NCBI GenBank assembly: GCA_022510385.1
Contig: JAFLTQ010000015.1
Span: 1,451-65,450, forward strand
Source: Muribaculaceae bacterium
Lineage (GTDB): Bacteria > Bacteroidota > Bacteroidia > Bacteroidales > Muribaculaceae
DNA: 64,000 bases
Reading direction: 5' to 3'
Shown here: one piece after another, positions 10,323 to 18,051 of the stretch
How positions within the stretch are numbered: the stretch's first letter is position 1
Layout: each line of letters begins with the position of its first letter
Program-made: the position numbers and the translations under genes
Notes under the pieces: generated by a model
What the model was told of the DNA's origin: nothing
The model's input: only the letters and a program-made list of their open reading frames with translations
Databases searched by the model: none

Positions 10323-11147
10323 ATGGTTGATAAAGAGGGGGCAGGCTCTTTCTGGGATCATCTTGATGAATTGCGAAATGTGCTGCTTAAGATTACCCTT
10401 GTGGCAATTTTATGCGGCATAGTTGCATTTTTGTTTAAAGAACTGCTTTTCACAATAGTTCTCGCTCCCAAAGAGGAGAGTTTCATCACCTACCGATGGA
10501 TCGAAAAAATCGGGGGAGTTTTCAGTGCCACGCCGGTTGAGGGGTTTGATGTGAGTCTGATCAATACCGGACTTGCACAACAATTTGTTATACACATGAA
10601 GACTGCCTTATGTTTCGGAGTCTTGTGTGCCTCTCCCTATATCTTGTATCAATTGTTCCGGTTTGTATCCCCTGCTCTCTATGAAACAGAGCGCCGTTAT
10701 GCATTGCAGGTAGTAGGGAACGGCTACCTGATGTTTATAGTAGGAGTTATGATAGGGTATTTTCTGATATTTCCCCTCACGTTCCGTTTCCTTGGCACTT
10801 ATCAGGTGTCTGAAGAAGTTGTAAATATGATTTCTTTAGATTCCTATATGTCTACTTTGGTTCTGATTTGTCTGGCTATGGGCGTGGTGTTTGAATTGCC
10901 CGTTGTCTGTTGGCTCTTTGCCAGAATGGGATTCTTAAATTCCGCTTTCATGAAGAAGTATAGGAAACATTCAATAGTAGGTGTATTGATTGTAGCTGCT
11001 GTAATCACCCCTACGAGTGATGTCTTTACATTGCTTGCTGTTTCGCTGCCGATGTATCTTCTCTATGAAGCGAGTATACTATTAGTCTCATTCACTGAAA
11101 GGAAAAGAGAAAGGGAGGGAATTGAAAGCGATCTTATGACAACATAG
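10323..11147 (+). CDS. tatC: Twin-arginine translocase subunit TatC
   Basis: SFWDHLDELR, FVSPALYETE, GVVFELP, AAVITPTSD and PMYLLYEASI. Confidence 0.96.
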   Translation: MVDKEGAGSFWDHLDELRNVLLKITLVAILCGIVAFLFKELLFTIVLAPKEESFITYRWIEKIGGVFSATPVEGFDVSLINTGLAQQFVIHMKTALCFGVLCASPYILYQLFRFVSPALYETERRYALQVVGNGYLMFIVGVMIGYFLIFPLTFRFLGTYQVSEEVVNMISLDSYMSTLVLICLAMGVVFELPVVCWLFARMGFLNSAFMKKYRKHSIVGVLIVAAVITPTSDVFTLLAVSLPMYLLYEASILLVSFTERKREREGIESDLMTT

Positions 11148-11155
11148 CAAAGATA

Positions 11156-11209
11156 CGACCTGTCGGGTAGGCTACACATAGGTTGTTGCATAACGGACGC
11201 GACAGGTCG
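11156..11209. repeat. Inverted repeat (10-bp perfect arms) between convergent tatC and tkt; possible terminator
   Basis: CGACCTGTCG (11156-11165) and CGACAGGTCG (11200-11209); no U-tract. Confidence 0.5.
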
Positions 11210-11236
11210 GGTTACTATTGGTATCGGAATTGATAA

Positions 11237-13258
11237 TTACCTTTTCAGTAGGGTTTTAACTTGCTTCACCACATTCTCGGGAGTGAATCCCAATTTTTCA
11301 TCGAGCACTTTATAAGGTGCTGAAAAGCCGAATGATTCGAGCCCCCAAATAGAACCGTTTTCACCAACAAGTCCTAAAAGAGTGACGGGCAGCCCGGCAG
11401 TGAGACCGAATCGTTTGATTCCGGCAGGGAGCACTTCCAGTTGATATTCTCCCGGTTGCGAGCGGAATAAACCTTCAGAGGGTACAGAAACCACTCTAAC
11501 CTTAATCCCCTCTTCACGTAGCAACGGTGCGGCAGCCACAAGAGTTGAAACCTCTGAGCCGGAGGCTATGAGCACCACATCGGGATTGGCATCTGCTCCG
11601 GCCACAATATATGCTCCTTTTGCTGCCTTCCCATATTCATTTCCTGCAGGGAGGTCTTTAATATTCTGGCGTGAAAATATAAGGGCTGTGGGAGTGTAGA
11701 CATTCTCCATGGCCAGTTTCCACGCCTCGGTGGTTTCCTGTGCATCAGCAGGGCGAATCACCAGAATTGAATCACGTCCATGATGGTTCTTGAGTTTTTC
11801 CATCAGCCTTATCTGGGCCTCCTGTTCCACCGGTTCGTGAGTGGGCCCATCTTCGCCGACCCGGAATGCATCGTGAGTCCAAATGAATTTCACAGGCAAC
11901 TCCATAAGAGCAGCCATACGAACAGCAGGTTTCATATAGTCGGAGAATACGAAGAAGGTCGCGCATGCTGCTATCACACCGCCATATAAAGCCATACCGA
12001 TGCAACAACATGCCATCGTGAGCTCTGAAACTCCTGCTTGCAAGAATGAACCTGAAAAGTCTCCTCTCTTGAACGCCGTAGTGTTCTTGAGGAAGGAAAT
12101 TGTCTTGTCAGATTCCGAAAGGTCTGCTGAAGAGCAAATCATATTTGGTACTTGCTTTGCCAATTCTGCAAGGACGGCACCGGATGCATTCCGGGTTGCA
12201 TCATCCTCTTTTTGCACCACTTTGCTCCAGTCGATTTTTGGAGGTTTATTTTCAAACCAGAAGTTTAGTTGTGCTGCTTTCTCGGGTGATTGGGATGCCC
12301 ATTTTTTCTCTTCCTCTTTCCGTTGAGCCACAATCTCTTTCAAGCTTTTAGCCCTTTCTGCATAAAGAGCCTTGACATCATCAAAAATCACGAACGGATC
12401 ATCCGGATTGCCTCCGAGATTAATCACTGTATTGCGGAACGCATCTCCCCCGAGAGGAGCTCCATGAGTCTTGCAATTTCTTTCGTAAGAAGTGTTGTCA
12501 GCTTTGCGCGCACCTTTCCCCATTATGGTATGACCGATTATGAGGGTAGGTTTTTCGGTCTCTTTTAAAGCGTTATCCAAAGCCTTACGTATCTGCTCCA
12601 CGTCATTTCCGTCGATTTCACAGACGCTCCAGCCCCAAGCACGATATTTCATCGCTGTGTTTTCTGAAGTGACAGCTGATGTCTCGGTGGAAAGCTGAAT
12701 ATCATTAGAGTCATAATACATTATAAGGTTGTCGAGTCCGAGGTGACCTGCAAGCCTGCCGGCTCCCTGGGAAATCTCTTCCTGAATACCGCCATCGGAT
12801 ATGAATGTATAAATTTTCTCTTTGGCGAATCCCGGATTGGAGGTATGAGCGCTCAGGAACTTTGCAGCAATAGCGGCTCCGACAGCGTAGGTATGTCCCT
12901 GGCCGAGAGGTCCGGATGTATTTTCAATTCCTCTTGCAATCTCAAATTCAGGATGTCCTGTTGTGGGGCTCCCCCATTGACGGAGGTTTTTCAATTCCTC
13001 GAGAGAAAATTTGTTGATGAGAGCCAATTGGGCATAAAGCATTGGAGCCATATGACCCGGGTCAAGATAGAACCTGTCGCGACACTTCCAGGCAGGATCT
13101 TCAGGATCATAGACTAAATATTCGCTGTATAGTACATTTATGAAATCAGCTCCACCCATGGCTCCGCCGGGATGGCCTGACTTTGCTTTCTCAACCATAG
13201 AGGCTGCAAGAATTCTTATATTGTCTGCAGCTCTGTTCATCAATTCTTTGCTATTCAT
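11237..13258 (-). CDS. tkt: Transketolase
   Basis: AKSGHPGGAMG, SGPLGQG, SDGGIQE, GVSELTM and THDAFRVGEDGPTHEP. Confidence 0.96.
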   Translation of the reverse strand: MNSKELMNRAADNIRILAASMVEKAKSGHPGGAMGGADFINVLYSEYLVYDPEDPAWKCRDRFYLDPGHMAPMLYAQLALINKFSLEELKNLRQWGSPTTGHPEFEIARGIENTSGPLGQGHTYAVGAAIAAKFLSAHTSNPGFAKEKIYTFISDGGIQEEISQGAGRLAGHLGLDNLIMYYDSNDIQLSTETSAVTSENTAMKYRAWGWSVCEIDGNDVEQIRKALDNALKETEKPTLIIGHTIMGKGARKADNTSYERNCKTHGAPLGGDAFRNTVINLGGNPDDPFVIFDDVKALYAERAKSLKEIVAQRKEEEKKWASQSPEKAAQLNFWFENKPPKIDWSKVVQKEDDATRNASGAVLAELAKQVPNMICSSADLSESDKTISFLKNTTAFKRGDFSGSFLQAGVSELTMACCCIGMALYGGVIAACATFFVFSDYMKPAVRMAALMELPVKFIWTHDAFRVGEDGPTHEPVEQEAQIRLMEKLKNHHGRDSILVIRPADAQETTEAWKLAMENVYTPTALIFSRQNIKDLPAGNEYGKAAKGAYIVAGADANPDVVLIASGSEVSTLVAAAPLLREEGIKVRVVSVPSEGLFRSQPGEYQLEVLPAGIKRFGLTAGLPVTLLGLVGENGSIWGLESFGFSAPYKVLDEKLGFTPENVVKQVKTLLKR

Positions 13259-13305
13259 GTTTATTTTTTATTGAGTTTTTATGGTCCGCGATGGTATATG
13301 GAATC

Positions 13306-13313
13306 CAAAGATA
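13306..13313 (-). promoter_or_regulatory. -7 promoter box (TATCTTTG) for tkt
   Basis: TAnnTTTG match about 48 nt upstream of the tkt ATG. Confidence 0.6.
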
Positions 13314-13429
13314 ATGAAATTTTATGATTATCAGGCAGAATCTCCCCAAAGAGTTTGTCTTTAAGCGGTTTGGGTTCCGGTTGTGCCCGGTTTAGTAGCT
13401 ATGATTTCCGATTGTGACGAGGAGTTCTT

Positions 13430-14101
13430 TTATTTATCAAGACACTGTAGGATGGCTTTCCCCACACTTAAGGCTGATTGTGGATTTTGACCGGTGATTA
13501 ATCTACCGTCGACGACAACATGATCTGTCCAGGGAGCCGCTCCGTCAAATATACCCCCTTCCTCTTGTAAGGCAGTTTGAAGCAAAAAAGGAACAAATTT
13601 AGCTGTACCATTGGCTGTCTCCTCTGCATTGGTGAAACAGTCAAAATGTTTGCTTTTGATTAGATTGTTGCCATCCGGCAGAAGAATTGGAAGCAAGCCG
13701 GCAGGCCCATGACACACTGCGGCCACTATTCCTCCTTTATTATAAATTGTTTCAGCTATTTCAGCTATCTTTTTATTTTCGGGGAAGTCAAACATTGCTC
13801 CGTGACCACCTGCATAAAAGATTGCCTTGTAATCCTCTGCATTTACCTCTTCAGGCTTCATTGTGGCCGACATCTTGTCTTGCCATTCCGGATTATCCCA
13901 AAATTTTCGATTGATAGGGTCATCGAGGTTAAAACCGTCAACCGGAGATCTGCCTCCTTTAGGGCTTACTACATCGATCTCATATTTTTCCCCCAGAACC
14001 GACCAAGGATGAGTGACCTCTGAAAGAAAATATCCTGTTTTCTTCCCGCTGTCGCCAAGTTCTCCATGGCTTGTGATGACAAATAAAATCTTATCTTTCA
14101 T
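13430..14101 (-). CDS. DJ-1/PfpI (type 1 glutamine amidotransferase-like, Hsp31-type) protein
   Basis: TGYFLSEVTHP, FYAGGHGAMFDF, AVCHGPA (nucleophile Cys-His) and LITGQNPQS. Confidence 0.9.
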   Translation of the reverse strand: MKDKILFVITSHGELGDSGKKTGYFLSEVTHPWSVLGEKYEIDVVSPKGGRSPVDGFNLDDPINRKFWDNPEWQDKMSATMKPEEVNAEDYKAIFYAGGHGAMFDFPENKKIAEIAETIYNKGGIVAAVCHGPAGLLPILLPDGNNLIKSKHFDCFTNAEETANGTAKFVPFLLQTALQEEGGIFDGAAPWTDHVVVDGRLITGQNPQSALSVGKAILQCLDK

Positions 14102-14124
14102 AATGCTTTATATAAAGGATGTAT

Positions 14125-14922
14125 TTAAAAAAGATACATAAGATTAAGAGAGAATGATTGTTGGCTATAAGCCGGCACCGTTATCAGAGCCGATTTGTTA
14201 TCCTTTTTCTCCCAATGAAACCATTTACGATAGAGCGGGAGCATCCAATAGCCAATTTGCGCGGAAAGTATTCCGATTCCGGCACCTGCTATGACATCAT
14301 TCAGCCAATGGCTATTGTTATAAAGTCTCATGAAGGCCACACCTGTGGCCACAACGTAAGCTGCACTCCCAAATCCCCATCCGAATTCATGCCGGATTAA
14401 TTCCGCTCCTGTAAAGGCTGTAGCCGTGTGACCTGACGGGAAAGAGTTACGCCTTGTAGATGAAGGCCGTTGCTCCCGAAAGGAGTATTTTGCAATATTG
14501 ACCAGAGCAGCCATACTTAGATATGCGGTGGCTTCGACCGCAACTCTTTCTTTCCATTCGAGTTTTCGTTCTTTTTTATAAAATCCCAAACCCATATAAC
14601 CTACAGCCGGCAGGTATTGAATCCAGTCGTCGAAATGTAGGTAATGATCACCCCGTAAATTATCCATTCCTTTTTGAATTTCCCGGTTCAGCTTATGGAA
14701 ATCCTTCCAATAAACGCCAACTGTACCCACAGCCACCAAAGAAAGGGGGAAAATCAATTGCTTAGGTTTGAAATTTAGTCCAATATCGTTTTGTGAATCT
14801 TTCAGAATAGAGCCCGTTGCAATCCTTGAGATAGAGTCATTAACAGTTATCACATCATTGGCTTTTACAGAAGAGATACCAACAAACAGGGATAACAGTA
14901 TGGCAAGAATTTTTCGTGGCAT
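14125..14922 (-). CDS. PAP2-family lipid phosphatase with N-terminal signal peptide
   Basis: KYSFREQRP, SFPSGHT and RLYNNSHWLNDVIAG. Confidence 0.9.
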   Translation of the reverse strand: MPRKILAILLSLFVGISSVKANDVITVNDSISRIATGSILKDSQNDIGLNFKPKQLIFPLSLVAVGTVGVYWKDFHKLNREIQKGMDNLRGDHYLHFDDWIQYLPAVGYMGLGFYKKERKLEWKERVAVEATAYLSMAALVNIAKYSFREQRPSSTRRNSFPSGHTATAFTGAELIRHEFGWGFGSAAYVVATGVAFMRLYNNSHWLNDVIAGAGIGILSAQIGYWMLPLYRKWFHWEKKDNKSALITVPAYSQQSFSLNLMYLF

Positions 14923-14941
14923 AAATTCAGATTATTCCAAA

Positions 14942-15583
14942 TTATACTTCCTGTTGCACTCTCTTGCTTTGGTTTCTTAAAATCATCAGATTCCTTATAT
15001 AAGCAACGAGTCCGAAAGATTGCCCTACTATAAGAACGATATCGTGTCTTATAAGACCGTAGGTCACAATACAGAGGGAGCCTGCAAGACTTAAAATCCA
15101 GAAACCGGCAGGTAGCAATGATGTGTTGCGTGCCGATGAATAAATATATTGATATATAAATCTAAGAGTAAACAGAATTTGGCTTAGTGATCCGTAAATC
15201 AATAACCAAAGAGGAATATCTTCATTATTGAACAAATTGGAGAAATTAGTCTCAAAATCGCTCAAAGCAAAACCTATAGCAATGAAAGGCGTTATGAATA
15301 TGATGGTGCGTAGAATTGCCGGCAACTCTTTCCATACTCCCTTTATATTCAGGTTCCAGATATAAATGTAGTATGAGATTAACTGTCCTAAAATTATTGC
15401 GAAATCATTACGCAACCAACCGTAAACGCAAAGCAGGAATGAGCCTGCAATACTCAATATCCAGAACAGCGAAGGCGACAACACTCTTCGTGCCCTTTCC
15501 GACAGAATCCATTGCACGAGAATTCGAGCCGAAAAGAAACCTTGAGCCAGGAAACCAATCGCCATTATCAGGAGAGAACTCAT
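14942..15583 (-). CDS. Lipid-A-disaccharide synthase N-terminal (LAB_N)-domain membrane protein, two repeats
   Basis: Repeated GQ/SQ..FS/TxRF/ILxQW/Y...P..FWILSxAGS...YG...D motif. Confidence 0.85.
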   Translation of the reverse strand: MSSLLIMAIGFLAQGFFSARILVQWILSERARRVLSPSLFWILSIAGSFLLCVYGWLRNDFAIILGQLISYYIYIWNLNIKGVWKELPAILRTIIFITPFIAIGFALSDFETNFSNLFNNEDIPLWLLIYGSLSQILFTLRFIYQYIYSSARNTSLLPAGFWILSLAGSLCIVTYGLIRHDIVLIVGQSFGLVAYIRNLMILRNQSKRVQQEV

Positions 15584-16314
15584 GCTTTAAGATTTGAGTC
15601 GGCGACGTTGTAATTTATATATCTCTTTTTCATCCAACGGTAGGCAAAACAATCCATAAAAGGGGAGACGAGCCTGTTCCATAGATTATATTTCGACACG
15701 CCGGCCACCCGGGGGAAGTGTCTCACGGGAATCTGCTTTATCTTTCCTTCCTGAAGCAATATCAAAGCAGGGATAAACCTGTGCATGCCGGTAAAGAATG
15801 GAATTCTTTTTGCAAAGGAGGTGTTGATGATTTTCAAAGGACATCCTGTGTCTTGAACACCATCATTAGTCATCATTCTTCGGAATCCGTTGGCTATCTT
15901 CGACTGTAGTTTTTTAAAACCGGAATCTTTTCTGTCTGCCCTTATTCCCATCACAAGTTCATACTCTCCCGTGTAAGGCAACAACAGGTTAAAATCTTCC
16001 GGGGCGGTTTGAAGATCAGCATCAATATACCCGACAAGCTGTGACTCTGCATAATCTATACCCGCTTTTATAGCGGCACTCAGGCCCCTGTTGCGATCAA
16101 AAGAGATGTAATAGAAATCGTTGTTACGACGGCAAATATCTTTGATTTTGTCAAGGCTTGAGTCAGAACTGCAATCATTCACGAAAAGCACGCAACTTTT
16201 CTTGATTGCATTACCCAGATAAGCGCTTAACTTATCTTCTAAAGCCTGCATATTCTCTTCTTCGTTAAACACCGGCACAATGATTGTGAGGTCGTATTCA
16301 GAAGTCTTATTCAT
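15580..16314 (-). CDS. GT2 polyprenyl-phosphate glycosyltransferase (ArnC/GtrB/DPM1-like)
   Basis: IIVPVFNEEEN, FVNDCSSD, IDADLQ, DTGCPLK, HRFIP and RHFPRVAGVSKY. Confidence 0.9.
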   Translation of the reverse strand: MNKTSEYDLTIIVPVFNEEENMQALEDKLSAYLGNAIKKSCVLFVNDCSSDSSLDKIKDICRRNNDFYYISFDRNRGLSAAIKAGIDYAESQLVGYIDADLQTAPEDFNLLLPYTGEYELVMGIRADRKDSGFKKLQSKIANGFRRMMTNDGVQDTGCPLKIINTSFAKRIPFFTGMHRFIPALILLQEGKIKQIPVRHFPRVAGVSKYNLWNRLVSPFMDCFAYRWMKKRYINYNVADSNLKA

Positions 16315-16331
16315 AATCAGATGATTTCTAT

Positions 16332-17891
16332 TTATTGTATCACTGCCACGGAATATTTACCCACAGTGAATATCTCTCTACTATCTATTTCACTGCAATT
16401 TTTCTTATCTGTCACCAAGATAAAAGGAGATTTACCATAATTTTTGAAATCGTTGTTGTTTGCTTCGTTTTCAATGATCTCAACTTTTCTATGCAAATAT
16501 ACATCCAAATTTTCAGGTCGTCTAACATCGAGACATTTTATAGACGTGATTCCTGTGGTCTCTTCCACTTCTTTTATCTTGTCTGCCAAGTTTTTATAAC
16601 CGATATAGTCATTAAATTCCGGCACTGCGAAACCGGCAAAGAAAATAGCTGCTAACATTCCGTAAATAATAGCCATAGATCCATTGTTGAACGGTCTTCG
16701 GGCTCTTTTTTGAAAGATAAAAAAGAGGGAAATGCCTCCGGAAAGGGTAAACGTTATTGCCACAAGCCAACACCACACCGAATCTTCGAAAGGAAGAACC
16801 CCGGAATGTTTGGCGATTGCATAAGCGGGTAGCACAAGCAAAAATATTACCGCAATTACGGCAAGCCCGGATTTTACTGATGCTTCTTTCTGATATCGTG
16901 GGAATGAAACAGCTGCCGAATAAATCATAAACGGGATGGCAGGAAGGAGATATATCTGGATTTTTGAACTAACACAAGAGAGGAGAATTAATGTCGTCAC
17001 CGACACAACTATGAAAAAGGTTTGGAGGCTCTCTGTGAATCTCCGCCGGATTAAGCCGGTGATTATAAGTCCGATAATTGCCAATGTCCAAGGGATGAGG
17101 CAATATAACAAGCTGATTAAATAATAGTAGAATGGTCGGGCATGATGGAAGGAATTGACGGCTCGATCCATTGTTTGATGAAAGAGGAGGTTATTAAGGT
17201 ATTCGGGTCCTCCCTCCAAATAAACCATACTGAACCATAGGGCAAACAATGGAATAAGGATGACCCAACAACGCCAGCCCCATGCCCTGCCGAATAACCT
17301 CAAATTTCTGCATATCAAGACATAAATCAAGATACATACAAACGGTATGAGAAAACCGTAAGGACCCTTTGTGAAGACTGCTAAAAAAATGAAAACCGGA
17401 AACCAACACTTGGCTAAATTATTGCGGGGATTCAGCTTTATTTTCCAGAATTCATAAAATGCAAGCACGATAAAGAGACACATCAGCATATCCATTCTCA
17501 AAACGAGAGTGGAAGCTATAAACAATCCTGAAAGGAGGAGCATTCCTTGTGAAACTATCCGGCAGTCGGTAGGGATTATATCTGCAGTCCAACGATCGAA
17601 AATGCGTGCAATCAAAATTGCGGGAAGCACCACCAAAATACTATAAAGCAGGAAATAATGACCTCCGGAAACACTCTTCAATGCCATCATGCCCCAAAAA
17701 AAGAGAGGGGGCTTGTCGGCATATGGAATTGAATGATTCGTGAATGCAAAGTAAGTATGATTTTCCAACGCTTCGTCAATTATGCTCAAATAGCGAAGCT
17801 CGTTGTCGGGCGTATAGTCCCGAAAAACAAAGATCGGGATTAATGCTATGATATAAAAAATATAGAAATATATAGTTTTGGTTCTCAACAT
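16332..17891 (-). CDS. ArnT/PMT-2 family (GT83/GT-C) membrane glycosyltransferase
   Basis: PDNELRY, YADKPPLFFW, LRMDML, TKGPYG, HARPFYYY and KIQIYLLP. Confidence 0.88.
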   Translation of the reverse strand: MLRTKTIYFYIFYIIALIPIFVFRDYTPDNELRYLSIIDEALENHTYFAFTNHSIPYADKPPLFFWGMMALKSVSGGHYFLLYSILVVLPAILIARIFDRWTADIIPTDCRIVSQGMLLLSGLFIASTLVLRMDMLMCLFIVLAFYEFWKIKLNPRNNLAKCWFPVFIFLAVFTKGPYGFLIPFVCILIYVLICRNLRLFGRAWGWRCWVILIPLFALWFSMVYLEGGPEYLNNLLFHQTMDRAVNSFHHARPFYYYLISLLYCLIPWTLAIIGLIITGLIRRRFTESLQTFFIVVSVTTLILLSCVSSKIQIYLLPAIPFMIYSAAVSFPRYQKEASVKSGLAVIAVIFLLVLPAYAIAKHSGVLPFEDSVWCWLVAITFTLSGGISLFFIFQKRARRPFNNGSMAIIYGMLAAIFFAGFAVPEFNDYIGYKNLADKIKEVEETTGITSIKCLDVRRPENLDVYLHRKVEIIENEANNNDFKNYGKSPFILVTDKKNCSEIDSREIFTVGKYSVAVIQ

Positions 17892-17900
17892 TATCCGGAA

Positions 17901-17929
17901 ACTTAATTTTGTGAATCACAAAATTAAGT
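17901..17929. promoter_or_regulatory. Perfect 29-bp palindrome carrying a -7 promoter box on each strand
   Basis: ACTTAATTTTGTGA-A-TCACAAAATTAAGT; TAATTTTG at 17904-17911 (+) and 17926-17919 (-); 10 nt upstream of the ArnT ATG. Confidence 0.75.
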
Positions 17930-18051
17930 ATTTTTTCTTAAGTCGTAAAAAGACAAGAATATTCCAAAAATAAAAGTGAGAATCAAAATTATATCCCCTC
18001 TTTTACGAACCGACCTCTATGAAAAACTAATTCATAAAGTTTTAGGCAACA

